From: Vitrella brassicaformis CCMP3155
Taxonomy: Eukaryota; Protista; Chromerida
Direction: 5' to 3'
Assembly: GCA_001179505.1 (NCBI GenBank)
Contig: CDMY01000241.1
Span: 87,894-151,893, forward strand
DNA length: 64,000 nt
Shown here: in pieces, positions 11,856-27,184 of the stretch
Layout: each line of letters begins with the position of its first letter
Numbering within the stretch: position 1 is the first letter of the stretch
Position numbers and translations under genes: made by a program
Notes under the pieces: model-generated
Seen by the model: only the letters and a program-made list of their open reading frames with translations
Told to the model about the DNA's origin: nothing
The model's database searches: none

Positions 11856-14800
11856 ATGCCCGCTGACGAGAAAACCGCCGCTCCCCGGCATGGGCAGCAC
11901 CCCGACTCATCGTCGCTGTCCGTTGGCGATGCCGTGTGGGTATCGGACCAAGAGGAGGGCTTCGTGAGATGCGTGGTGAGGGAGATCCATGGAGAGGGCA
12001 CGGACGAGGCCAAAGTGGTGGTCGAGGTCGACGGCAGCCGTGGCCCTGACCAGCACACAGGTGGGGAGGGAGGAGGGATGGTCCATGGCTTTTTTCTGTT
12101 GTTGCTTTGATGCATTCATAGGTCCGAGGCTGCACACCATCGCTCTGCGTGAGTTGTGCCCGCCGCACCGCGTGTATGAGCCTCTCGACGTGGATGACAC
12201 CACTAAGCTCATCTCGCTCGACACGCCGAGCATCCTCGCGAACCTGCGGAATAGATACGGCCTCGACAAGGTCAGAGAAAGAGGGACAGAGAAGCCCCCA
12301 GTCCATTGCCCCTCTTGTGTGTCGTGCGATGGTCATCCAGATATACACGTACGTAGCCAACGTGTTGATAGCTGTCAACCCCTACCACGAGATGCACGGC
12401 CTGTACGGCGACGCCACGTGCGGGCGCTATCGCAACCAGCCCCTCGGCTCCCTCCCACCACACCCATTCGCCATCGCAGACACGGCCTACCGCGCCATGC
12501 GGTTCGACAAACAGTCACAGGTATGTGTGTGTGTGTGTGTGTGTATGTACGTCCCGACACACCACCCAATGCGTTCAGGCGCCCACACACGGAGTGTGTT
12601 GTGTGTGTTGTGTCACTGTCAGGCGATTGTAGTGTCTGGTGAGTCGGGTGCGGGCAAGACCGAGACGGCCAAGTACCTCATGAGATACCTCGCCTTCCTG
12701 GGCGGCTCGCCCGCATCCGAGGCGGCCGGCCGCCCGTCCATCGACCCCTCCGGCTCGTCCAAACGCCCTTCCCCTCTCCCCACTCGGCTCGACAGCCACC
12801 ACCAGCAGGCATACAGACCGCCTAAGGGTCGCTCGGGCACCCCAGCGCCCATGCGCTGCGTGCCATCGGTGCAGGAGAAGATCCTGGGGGCCAACCCGAT
12901 ACTGGAGAGCATCGGCAACGCCGTGACGACGCGCAACGTCAACAGCTCCCGGTTCGGGCGGCTGAACAAGCTGTACTTCGACGCCAAGGGGCGGCTGGTG
13001 GGGGCGGGCATCACGACGTATTTGCTGGAGAGCAGCCGCGTGGTGCTGCACGGCAAGGGCGAGAGGAACTACCACATCTTCTATGAGATGCTCGCAGGCC
13101 TGGAGGAAAGTAAGCAGAAGAAAATCCGAGCACAATGCGAAACAGCCCTTCCCTCCCTCTCTCCTTCGGTGTGTGCAGGTGAGCTGCGCAAGTTGGATTT
13201 GGAGAAGGACTGGCGCCGATACAACCTCCTCAACCAGGGAGGCACCACAACCACGCCAGCAGCTGCAGACGAGCAGGCCCCTCCCTCTTCATCTTCATCG
13301 CGCCCCTCTCACCCCCACCCCGCCAGCAACGCCCAGACGCGCCGCGACCGTGAGAACTGGGCCAACTTCCGTCGCGCGCTGCGGTCCTACGGCATCACGG
13401 CCAGGGAGGAGGAGGGCATACGGGAGATACTTGCAGGTCCGTGGGGAGGAGGGATGAGACGCGGGAGCTGTCCATGTGTGTGTCTGTGTTCTTATCATGT
13501 GCAGCGATCCTGATCCTGGGCAATCTGCAGATAACTCAGGTCGGTCAGCACAGGGGAGCTGTGGCAAATGGGATGGCTCCATTGATCGATTTGGCGTCCT
13601 GTGTGCCTGTCTGCCTGCCGCTGGTTGGCTCAGGAGGAGGACCCGGAGGATGGTGTGTGTGGTGGCGATAGCGAGGGCACGGGTGAAGATGGCGGCAGGA
13701 GCAGCGTGGCGGAGTCGGCCAGCGATGCTAACAAGAGCGGAGCGGGCAGAGAGGGGCAGGTGCGTATGTGACGGACGGATGCAACACACACAAAGAGATG
13801 GCCACACCGGTGTGATGGATGCATCTGGGGATCTGTCTATCTGTATGTGCGTGTGTGTGTGTAGGGTGGTGACGCGAGGAGGATATCTGTGGGCCCCGCA
13901 AACCAGATTCAGTCGGCTGCTCAGAAACTAGGTCGGCCAGAAAGGCAGATGGTCCATCCACTCCACACAACTGCACGGAAGCTATTCCGTCCATGTGGCC
14001 TTGTGTGCAATCAATAGGTATGGACCCTCCCTGCCTCTTCGACATCCTCACCAGACGGTTAGCTAGTCGGTTCAGCCACCATCAACCACGTGTGTCTGTG
14101 TGNNNNNNNNNNNNNNNNNNNNNNNNNNNNNNNNNNNNNNNNNNNNNNNNNNNNNNNNNNNNNNNNNNNNNNNNNNNNNNNNNNNNNNNNNNNNNNNNNN
14201 NNNNNNNNNNNNNNNNNNNNNNNNNNNNNNNNNNNNNNNNNNNNNNNNNNNNNNNNNNNNNNNNNNNNNNNNNNNNNNNNNNNNNNNNNNNNNNNNNNNN
14301 NNNNNNNNNNNNNNNNNNNNNNNNNNNNNNNNNNNNNNNNNNNNNNNNNNNNNNNNNNNNNNNNNNNNNNNNNNNNNNNNNNNNNNNNNNNNNNNNNNNN
14401 NNGGGGCGTGCTGGACGGGTGCATGCAGGAAGATCAAGAGCGGCAGCAAAGGGGGCCGGTCGATGCGCCAGACCGAAGTTATGATCGAGAGAACGATCAT
14501 CGAGGCAAGATCCATACAGCGAGGGCGCCAATAGCCAGACTCACAGACACGTGTGTCTTGGTGTGGTGTGTGTGGTCTGTTAGGCCCGTGCCATCCTGCA
14601 CTCGTTGATCAAGACGCTCTACACCCGTCTCTTTGACTACATCGTCGACCGCATCAACGACAAGAACAAGGCAACAGAGAAACGCCACACACCCACGCAT
14701 GAGTCCATCCATCCATTCGTGCGCACGTCTGTGTGTATGTGTGTGTCGGTGTGTGTGAGCAGCCTGCTGGCTCTCGGTCGCTGGAGGAGGACTACCGCTA

Positions 14801-17800
14801 CATCGGCAGTATGGCAGACAAGGGAGAGCCTGTGCATCGCGTGTATGTGTATATGTGTGTGTGTGTGTGTGGATGGATGGATGGATGGATGTGTCAGTCC
14901 TGGACATATACGGCTTCGAGTGTCTGGGCATCAACTCGTTCGAGCAGCTCTGCATCAACCTCGCAAACGAGAAGCTCCAGCAGTTCTTCGTTGAGAAGGT
15001 ACCACACACAAGTTTGAGCTGCTGACTTGACGGGAATGTGCCACGTGTGTCGACCAACCAATCGTTATTGTCTGTCTGCAGGTGCTGGTGAACGAGCAGC
15101 GGATGTACAAGAATGACGGCCTCAAGTGGGAAGACATTGACATTCAACCTACGGTAGGTCTCTCTCCATCCATCCATCCATCCAGCCATCCATCCAGCCA
15201 GCCAGCCATCTGTCTGTGTTGTGTGTTATGGGTGCTTTGATGCAGTGTCCGGTGATCGAGGCCATCACGGCCTCCCAGGGCATCTTCGCACTGCTCGATG
15301 ACGCATCCAGGCTCGCCGCACTCAACAAAGCCGAGAAGCAGAATGTCACCGACTCAACATTCTGCGAACAAATCAAGGAGGTCAGACCGACACGCCCACC
15401 ATCTCCGAGACACACCAGAGACATATGCCTGTGTGTCGATGTGTGTGTGCATCTGCAGAAGGTGCACAAGCGCGAGATGCCCATCAGCGGAGCGGTGGAG
15501 ATGCCCCGCACCGATCGCAATGCGGCCAAGGGCGCAGCAGCCGATAGAAAAGGCGTAAGCAACGCTCTCACACAGACGGACACACCTCTCTCTGTCCCGA
15601 TGTATCTGTGTGTTTGCACATCCATCCATCCATCCATCCATCAGAGGGGCGGCGGCTGGGAGGACTTCATCGTCCGCCACTATGCCGGCAAGGTCACCTA
15701 CAACACACAGGAATGGCTCCACAAGAACAATGACCGGGTCGGTGCAACACATCACTCACAATCACACACACACACACACACAGATTGACAGGTGTGTCCA
15801 TCCATCCATCCATCCACCCTCAGGTAGAGAAGGAGATAGAGGAGCTGCTCGATTCGTCGGAGCGGTCGCTGGTCAAGTCGTTCGCCCGGCGTCTGAGCGA
15901 TGCCGACGCCGGCAAGGCCGCCAACCAGTTCAGATCCGTCTCCAAAAAGTAGATAGATACCACACACACGACACCGACACCAACAACCACACAAACTTAC
16001 AAACCTGTGCTTCCCTTTGACAGGTTTCGCATCAGCTTGGACGCCATGATAGCCGACCTCAACCGGGCTAACCTGCAGTTCATACGGTCCATTTGACATG
16101 ACAAACACACAGGCCACCGAGAGACACACCCGACCGACCTGCCGGTCTGTGTGTGTGGGGTGGGGGATGCAGGTGTTTCCTGCCCAACCGTGAGCAGTGT
16201 AGCGGCCACTTTGTGGGGTCCCTGGTGCTGGAGCAGCTCAAGCACACCGGCACCCTGGAGCTGGTCGCCATCATGCACAAGGGATACCCCAGCAGGTACG
16301 TCTGTCTGCACTGCACACAGCCGGCCATGTGTGAGTGTGTGTGTGCGTGTGTGTGTGCAGGGTGTCGATAAGTGAGTTGGAGGAGCGTTACCGGTCGCTG
16401 CTGCCGTTCGGCAGCCACTGGGACTCGCGAACCATCAGTACGGGACACACAGGCCTGCCTGCCTGCCTGCCTGGCTCCTCAAATGTCTCAAATGTCTGAT
16501 GCATTTGTTCGTTCAGTCGAGTGCATTCTGCTGGCCTACGGCATGGAATCATCATGCTGGCAGATCGGTGTGCACCGTGTGTACTTCAAGGCTGGCCAGG
16601 TGGCGATGCTCGAGGCCATCAGACAGCGGGGCCCATCACACCTCTCACTCCCGAGGGAAGAGCTCCTCAAGATCAGAGCCAAGCTGCAACTCAAGTACCT
16701 ACCTTACACCTACAGCCAGACAGACACCGACACAATTGGGTGTGTGTGTGTCGTCCTGTGTTGGCCGTGTGTATGTGTGTGCGTGTAGGCGTCTTCGCCG
16801 CGCTGCCCGAGCAGTGCAGGCGCACAATGCGGTGCTGTGGATGATGCACCGACTGCGCATGCGCAAACAGCGATTCAAGAAACTCCGGGCATGGGTACAC
16901 CACACACACACACACACCACACACACACACACACACACAGACAGACGAGAGACCCCCTGTTTATCTCATCCATGCCGCTCTCCCTTTGCAGCTGAAGTTG
17001 TTTGTGGCCTTTGTGCCTCTATTCCGGTCGGTGCGTCACGCCCGCATCCTGCGCGCCTTCCAGGCCGTCAAGCGGGCCCGTGAGAGACAGCTCATGAGCT
17101 CTCTCCTCGACGCATGGAAGCGGCGGCCCATCCCACCTGCACCCGAGCCACCTGCGCCTGCACCAGCACCAGCAGCAGCAGCAGCAGCGGACATCTCACC
17201 ATCCACACGTGAGCAGCCTCAATGACGGCGGGGGAAAGGGGCTGGCTCATTCATTCTGTGTGTCCCCCCAATGTCTCGGTCAGGTGTGTTGTCATGCCCC
17301 GGGACGACGCCCATCGGTGCGTCCGATCGGGCGTTGTTCCCCGTGGTGCCACGGCCGGCCGTCTTCTCTGTCCGGCCACCGGCAGCCGAAGCCCGCGACC
17401 TCGACAGACACATGTGCGCCATGCACTGGCCCTTCATCCGACAAACAGCCATATGTGTGTGCGTGTGTGGGTGTGTGTGTGCGTGTCAGGCCTGAGTCGA
17501 TAGTGATATTGGATGGCGGCTTGTCGGTGGTGCAGTGGCGGGTGGACATGGTGGACGACGCAGAGGCTAGCCAGGCGCCCCTGCAGGCGCTCAACAAGGC
17601 CGAGAGGCGCGAGAGGCTGCACGAGGGTGGGAGCGGTGGCAGGCCCCCCTGTCTGCCGATGTGGGAGCTGGACATCAACCGCCTGGCCATCGCACACAAA
17701 AAGAGCAGCAGCAGCACTGGGGAAGAGGCGATAGAAGGCATGGTCGAGATCGTCACTGGATGCCAGCATCCCGTAAGACACCCGAGGCATCTGCTGAATC

Positions 17801-20800
17801 GCTATGCTCATGCTCATGTCTTTGTGTGTCTGCGCATCGGCCGTGACAGGACCGCTGCACTTATCTGGCCTTCATAGATGTGAGCGGGACCCTGGCGCTG
17901 CTGCATGGCGTGGCGGCGCCGTCTGCGGGCGACAGGGTCGAGCTGGGCGGCATCAAAAGACCCGACATCATACCTGCCGATGAGTACCTCCCACCAGACC
18001 TCTGGAAGGACGACATGATCGTGAGTGTGCTCCACACACATTCCCACATCCACACCACACCGACAGTGACAGTTCTCTGCTCCTGTCTCCGTGTCCGTGT
18101 CAGCCGTTGTCGATGTGCTGGGTGCCCCGGCGGCTGCAGCTGGGCATTCTGTGGCTTGTCCTGCGACCGAACCACGACAGCAGCCAGCAGCAGCAGCAGC
18201 AGCCTGGGAGCGGCGTGGAGGTCAGCGGCTGCAGGGCCATGCTCAGACTCACCATATTCAACGAAGAAGGTATTACCAGCTAGCTCGCGCGGTAGCCTGC
18301 ACACACCTGCCTTTGTGTGCTTGGGTGTGGGCGCAGACATGCTGTTCAAGAGTGTAGATGGCGGTCGTCGGACGCTCATGAGCCGAGACATCGAAATGCC
18401 CGACCCTTTGCCCGTAAGAACGAACAGACCACACCAGCACCNNNNNNNNNNNNNNNNNNNNNNNNNNNNNNNNNNNNNNNNNNNNNNNNNNNNNNNNNNN
18501 NNNNNNNNNNNNNNNNNNNNNNNNNNNNNNNNNNNNNNNNNNNNNNNNNNNNNNNNNNNNNNNNNNNNNNNNNNNNNNNNNNNNNNNNNNNNNNNNNNNN
18601 NNNNNNNNNNNNNNNNNNNNNNNNNNNNNNNNNNNNNNNNNNNNNNNNNNNNNNNNNNNNNNNNNNNNNNNNNNNNNNNNNNNNNNNNNNNNNNNNNNNN
18701 NNNNNNNNNNNNNNNNNNNNNNNNNNNNNNNNNNNNNNNNNCCCCCCCCCCCCCCCCCCCCCCCCCAACACACACCATCGATCCTTTCGTCCATCCAACA
18801 GGCCCTGGAGAAGTACTGCGGCACGATGGAGGAGGCCAGGGCCATAATGGAAGAGACCGTCTTCACGTCTTACCGGCTGACGGCTCTGGCGTCGGGCAAG
18901 GGGTTCGTCATCGCGGGGCCGGGCATGCTTACCGCACTGCGGGTGAGTCGACCTGGGCAGGCAGACAGGCAGGCAGGCGCACAGAGGCCGCCTGATATCG
19001 GACCCTCTGTCTGTGTCTGTGTCCGGGTGCCCACAGGTGTGTGAAGACCCTTATGTTTTTGGTGCGTCGACCGAGCCCGTCACCCTGCGCACGCTAGAGA
19101 TCCACTGGCAGGGGCACAAGGTGAGAGAGCCATCGGGGAACGGGGAGGAGAGAGACCTTCACAAGCACCAAACGAGTGTCTCTGCCTGGTCCAGGAGAGC
19201 CCTGTGACGACCAGCAAGGGCGACATCGACATTCGGCAGCAGTTCTTCACCTCATGCGCCACGCTCTACCATCCCACAGAGGTGAGAAAGGTGGCCACCA
19301 CACCAAGACAGGCAGGCAGGCGCTCTCAGACACGCGCAGCCCTGTGTATGCGGTTATCAGCAGGAGAGGTCGCAGCTCGCCATCCCGCCTGCATCTCGCC
19401 TGCCACACCCCAAGCCCACCTCCAAGCACACGAGGGACTCACGCGAGACCAACACCAACACCGTCTTGCGCCAGCAGCACCACCCCGGCACGTCCATCCC
19501 ACGGCACCCGAAGGCATCCGGATGGCGACCGCCTCGCGAGCCCTCAGGTGGCTACACACATGGGCGATCTCGAGTGGTGCAGACTCCGGGGAGTTTGCAC
19601 TCTCTGTGTGTGTGTCAGGCGAGCGTGTTGGTTCTCGGCTGGTTAGCGGGCGGGAGTGTGAGGTCCGCGAGAGGAAGGAGGGCTGGCGAAAGGAGGCGAA
19701 GGTGTTTGAGGAGGGCGTCGAGCAGCTCTTGCTGGGCGAGGGCAGGTCGGTCGGTCACACGCACACAACACAACACAAGACACGCCTATTATCTATCCCC
19801 CTCTCCCCATTTGTGGACCTGTATGTGTGTTGTGTGTTGTGTGCAGGAGCAATCTCTACAGCTTCTCGTTCCAGTACATGCCAGCGCCTCACTCGCCCCT
19901 CAACCCCAAGCGCACCCCTGGCACCACCGGCACCACACGAGGCCGCCCGCCCTCGCCATCGCCCCCGCCCGCCTCGCGAGTGCTGCCCCGGAAGAAGCTG
20001 CAGCTGTTGTCCGTCGACTCAATGCCCGACTGGCACAAGACATTTATGCAAGCCCGTAAGTCCCTCCCGCTGATGAGAGGACCGCGGGACCCATGGCTCG
20101 TGTGTGTGTGTGTGTGTGTGTGTTGGCCAGCCGATGACGAGGAGCAGACGCGGTTCCATCTGGTGAAGGTGCGTGGGGTGGGCCCGGCGGCCGACCCTCT
20201 GGCGCCCAGCACGGAGCCCCTCTCCCTGCCAGCACACATATGCAGCATCTCACACAGGGCCGACATCGTCAGCCTCCCACCATTCTCATTCAAGGCACTC
20301 CCGCCCCCACCACCAGCACCCCCAGCACCCCCGGCAGCAGCAGCAGCAGCAGCTGCTGCTGGGGCGTCCAGCAGCAGCAACGGCAACAGCAGCAGTAGCA
20401 GGGGGGAGGGCGGGCGATGGCGTCGTCGTCTGTCGATGTCGACTGTGGTGCCCCAGTCGATGGAGACCATCGACTCGTGCTACTGGCCCGTCTACCCATC
20501 CGAGCGGAAGGAATTCCTGTAAGTAAACCGAAAGAGCGACCAGCAGAGAGAGGCGTGTGACTGGGTGTGTATGTGTGTGTGTGTGTGTTTGGGGGGATTG
20601 TCAGGTTCCACGAAGACGTGAATGTGTTGGCCGCGGAGCCGTGCCACGCTGCCCACTCGATGGTGCTATGGGTACGAGTGTTCAGGCAAACAGAGGACGA
20701 GACCATTTGATCTACACTCACTTTCCTCTGCGATGCGATGCAGGCTGCTGGTGGCCGGGGATTGGTGTATCACGTGCCGAGCCGCTGTGTGGTGTGCACG

Positions 20801-20848
20801 TTCATCAAGCCCGACCACACGGGCAGCACGGAGGGTCGTCGTAGTTAG
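11856..20848 (+). CDS. Unconventional myosin, class VI-like (alveolate class XXIII-like), with a long non-coiled tail; spans two assembly gaps
   Basis: N-terminal SH3-like VWV segment, [16 protein letters not shown]-loop GESGAGKT, switch [10 protein letters not shown], switch II spliced [36 protein letters not shown] and GYPSR. Consecutive GT-AG exons continue to TAG at 20846-20848. Whether the tail beyond 18.4 kb belongs to this gene is less certain. Confidence 0.9.
14103..14402. other. Assembly gap (300 N)
   Basis: Run of N inside a myosin intron, after a (TG)n tract. Confidence 1.
18442..18741. other. Assembly gap (300 N)
   Basis: Run of N followed by a poly-C tract; it may hide myosin tail exons. 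Confidence 1.
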
Positions 20849-20905
20849 ACAGACACACGGATGCATAGACGAGAGAGAGAGAGAGCGCATGTGTGGTGGG
20901 GGGGG

Positions 20906-21205
20906 NNNNNNNNNNNNNNNNNNNNNNNNNNNNNNNNNNNNNNNNNNNNNNNNNNNNNNNNNNNNNNNNNNNNNNNNNNNNNNNNNNNNNNNNNNNNNNN
21001 NNNNNNNNNNNNNNNNNNNNNNNNNNNNNNNNNNNNNNNNNNNNNNNNNNNNNNNNNNNNNNNNNNNNNNNNNNNNNNNNNNNNNNNNNNNNNNNNNNNN
21101 NNNNNNNNNNNNNNNNNNNNNNNNNNNNNNNNNNNNNNNNNNNNNNNNNNNNNNNNNNNNNNNNNNNNNNNNNNNNNNNNNNNNNNNNNNNNNNNNNNNN
21201 NNNNN
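20906..21205. other. Assembly gap (300 N)
   Basis: Run of N flanked by G homopolymers, between the convergent myosin and glutathione reductase 3' ends. Confidence 1.
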
Positions 21206-21598
21206 GGGGGAGTGGGGGGGGAACACAGCAGATACGAGGATAGATATCATGCTTTGTGTTTTCTATGATGGATAAATGGGTGGGTGAAGGGGCTTTGTGA
21301 ATAGTGAACGGATGGATGGGGGCATTTGCATTGCACGCACGTCATCAATTTACCGGGTAAAGACTCTGTTAACGCGCCAAAAGACGTCAGCCAAAATTGT
21401 CGCACTCATCCTCGTGTCCATCCATCCATTCATCCACAAGCGAGACGCCCCACGGGCCCTTGATGCATGAGAAAGGCACGCATACGGCGGGGGCGGAAAC
21501 AAAAGCCAATCAGGCGGAGCAATAGGGACGAAAAAGACTATATGTGCACCCCTCCCTCCCTCCCTCCCTCCCCCTGTCGTCGGTCAGTCAGCGTCTGT

Positions 21599-24043
<2,445 letters not shown>

Positions 24044-25357
24044 TCACAGCCCTGGCTTCTTGCTTAGTGTGTGGCCCTGTTGCTAACCCCGGCGCACCGG
24101 AGACGCTCTTGTGAGTCAAGAACAGCTTTTCCTTTCGTTAGCTCGCAGATCCTTGGGTCCTGCCGGGAAACATGGGGCCCTTCCAAAGGATTGAATCCAT
24201 TGCAAGCGTGTGTGTCATTGCCGTTGCTTTTGACTTGCAGGAAATGCACCAAATAGCATCAACAAGCAGCGTTTTCGTTGAGTCATCCACGACGCCTGGC
24301 AAGTTCTGTGCAGACATGTGTCACGTACATTCACCCCTTCTTTGGTAGGACAGCTGGTGTGTGCATGTGTGTGGGTGTTAGTGCTCGGTGTGTGTGGGTT
24401 CCGGGCACACACGTACGAGTGTGTACGAGAAGCCGGAGAATGCACACCATCCCCGTCCCTCAGCGTGGAAACACGACAGCCAAAATGGCAGGTGGAATGC
24501 ATAGGATAGCCCACTCACTCCACATTGGCCGGCCAGACCAACAGAATTGGACACACAAATGTACACGTCTCATTGAGGAATGTTTTGATGTGCGGCATGG
24601 CGTTCGAGGGAGACGGAGGGAGAGGGCGACGTCAACGATGCCCCCACCCTGGAAGTGTTGGTGTGGTGCCCCACTTGTGCAGCATCGGCTGCAGGAATGG
24701 CTTGAGGTTTTTGCTGGGGAGCGGGATGGAACTGCAGGCACACTGCCTGCCGCCCAGCCCTCAATAGACGTCCGCACCTGCACGCAGAAATCCACACACA
24801 CCCATAGCAGCCAGCCAGGACGCTTCACCATCCCTCACACTCCCCGCACCCACCTGTTGCACTGTGGGTATGACGATGTGCATGCATCGGCACACTCGGA
24901 CGGGCAGGGCGGCGGTGGGAAGAGCTAGACACCATCGTACCTGACACTGGCAGACAGACAGAGGCGGGGAGAGAGAGAGACTGGGGGCGGTGCGTCAGCG
25001 AGAGGAAGCCAAGTCGAGAGAAGGTGCACGCCAGAAGACCACTGTCGGGGAATTTATGGAAGGATGATCCATTCACGCAGTAAGTCGAATCAAAAGACTT
25101 GAATGAATGTCCATCACACAGTAAGGCAAAACCAAACTTTGCCAAAATGGTCACCAACACCGTGCAGCCCACACAGAAAAACCGTGCATCCATCTATCCC
25201 TCTCTGGTCCATAATGACAGCACTCAGCTGCTGCACGACAACACTCAGCAGCTTGAAGTGCCCCCCACCATCCCGGCTGCTGCCAACAGCACACGGCAAC
25301 ACTCAGTGGCTTAACACGCCCCCCATCCACCCCACAGCCCTCCCTCCCCCCTCCCTC

Positions 25358-27184
25358 TCAGTTGATGCTGAGTGTCACCCACTGCCCCCATTCGTCTATG
25401 CGGCCCAGCTGCTGCCACCCACCGAACTGGCAATCGGTATTGCCCAAATGCTCGTTGAAGCCCTTGTTGATGGCCCCCTCCTCAATGCCGTGTCGGGCCG
25501 CCTCGTCCAGCCGGGCCCTGTGGATCACCTCACGCACACCCAGACGGCCATGGGTGTGCACCACCTGGTGTGGGCGGCTCTCGGCCCTGATGGCGAAGCA
25601 CTGCAGCGGCACCCGCACCGTCACGCCGCCCACATCGGCCGTGCCGCCCACCACCTCCCTGTTGCTGCTGGCCGCAAACACCGCTGACTTGACGAAGTGC
25701 TCAGCAGCAGCTTGCACACGGCGGGCAAGGTCGCTGTTGCGAATGGTCAGGGTGGCAGTGATGGTCTCGTTGGCGGCGTGTTGGTCGAAGCACATGGCTG
25801 CGATGCGCCAGCCGATGGCCTCTGCCTCGTGTGGGCCGTATCCAGCGGCGGCGGGGAGGGGGGCGGCGGGTGGATTGGCCAGAGATGTGCCGGGGGGCTG
25901 CAGCAGGTGGGGCAGGAGGGTGGGGAGGGACCTCATCAGGAAGGCAGCCAGCGACCGCTGAGGGGCGAGGGCCGCATTCACAGCCGCCATCGCCCCCGTG
26001 TGCACGTCGCTGTTGAGCATTCTCGTGCACTGGGGCAGCACCAACTGGCGACGACAGCGGTGCCTATCGCTGTCTGTGGGGATCCGGCCGATGTCTGCCC
26101 CACCTCGCAGCAAGCTGCGGATGAACGCCTCGCAAAGGGGAATCCTCCTAATGGCTCGGTCCCTGTCTTGTGGCGGCCTGTTGGTGTCCTGCGAAACCTC
26201 AGTCACTTCATTGAGACTGCTGGCAACCCAGACGAGCGGCGTCACGTTCGGATTGCCCGTCGTGCCTCTGTTGATGTCCGCTGGTGGAACATGGCGGCAC
26301 AGGTAGTCCGCCACAAAGAGAGCACTGGCAGCTGCCGCCCAGTGCAGAGGCGTCAATGCCAAGGGGGTCAGTGCCGTCAGGTCGGCGCCGTTCTCCACCA
26401 GTAGGTCCAGATATGAATCGACGAAGCGCTGCGAGAAGCGCTGCGAGAAGCGGCTCCGCTCGTCGAAAAGTGCCAAGTGGATCAGATTCCGGCCACCTAT
26501 GTCTCGTTCGGTTGCGAGTGTGGCGTCGCGCTGGATGAGCCGCCGATAGATCGCCAGCAGCCGCCCCTCATAGGCGGCGGGCACCTGATGGCCCAATCGG
26601 CCGGCGATCGGCAGTGGCAGCCGCATGACAAGGAGAGGGTCGTTCAGGGGACGGCCATGACGACTGCGCACCGCTTGGCGCACCGCAGCACCGCGCGCCA
26701 GAAGGACCCCCACAGCACTGTCGTTGCCCCCACAGACTGCCATCCTGATGGGCCACTCGTCCCAGTGGCCCAGCGGGCGGTCCGCATCCAAGTGGGCGCC
26801 TCCGTCGATCAGGGCGTTGATGATGTCTGCCTCCAACTCGCGTGACGACCACTGAGGCAATGCGAGTGAACCCGGGAAAACATGGGAGTCTCGGGCAAAG
26901 ATTGTCGGCATGGCGCCGTCACTCAGGTTGTCGATAGCAAGAGTGAGCAGTCGATACCGAAGCCCAGGAGAGCCGCTGCCCCGCACACGGAGCCGTGGCA
27001 GACTATTTGGGTCAGCGCCATCGCGTATGAGCTGTGTGACCTGCTGCTTTCGAGTGAGGGTCCGCTGAATGACGCCCCTGGCCAGCCAGATGGTTGCATT
27101 GCTGCTGCCGTCATCCAGCAGTGTGTCGACGTCCTCGAGCCGCAGACCGCCATCAGGCTGCTGACCTTGCCCATCTGCCGCCAT
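25358..27184 (-). CDS. Intronless ankyrin-repeat protein (608 aa)
   Basis: Single uninterrupted ORF with ankyrin-like units WPIRMAVCGGNDSAVGVLLARGA, RNLIHLAL...LDLLVENGADL and LTPLHWAAAASALFVADYLC. Confidence 0.8.
   Translation of the reverse strand: MAADGQGQQPDGGLRLEDVDTLLDDGSSNATIWLARGVIQRTLTRKQQVTQLIRDGADPNSLPRLRVRGSGSPGLRYRLLTLAIDNLSDGAMPTIFARDSHVFPGSLALPQWSSRELEADIINALIDGGAHLDADRPLGHWDEWPIRMAVCGGNDSAVGVLLARGAAVRQAVRSRHGRPLNDPLLVMRLPLPIAGRLGHQVPAAYEGRLLAIYRRLIQRDATLATERDIGGRNLIHLALFDERSRFSQRFSQRFVDSYLDLLVENGADLTALTPLALTPLHWAAAASALFVADYLCRHVPPADINRGTTGNPNVTPLVWVASSLNEVTEVSQDTNRPPQDRDRAIRRIPLCEAFIRSLLRGGADIGRIPTDSDRHRCRRQLVLPQCTRMLNSDVHTGAMAAVNAALAPQRSLAAFLMRSLPTLLPHLLQPPGTSLANPPAAPLPAAAGYGPHEAEAIGWRIAAMCFDQHAANETITATLTIRNSDLARRVQAAAEHFVKSAVFAASSNREVVGGTADVGGVTVRVPLQCFAIRAESRPHQVVHTHGRLGVREVIHRARLDEAARHGIEEGAINKGFNEHLGNTDCQFGGWQQLGRIDEWGQWVTLSIN

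Noticed and set aside
11649-11900. 83-aa minus-strand ORF between family 2 copy A and the myosin
   Set aside because: It overlaps the myosin start antisense, has no recognisable motif and no splice support; probably spurious.
24460-25193. Minus-strand exon-like segments with GT-AG boundaries between glutathione reductase and the ankyrin gene
   Set aside because: My attempted joins reach early stops and give no recognisable protein; they could be UTR introns or decayed exons.
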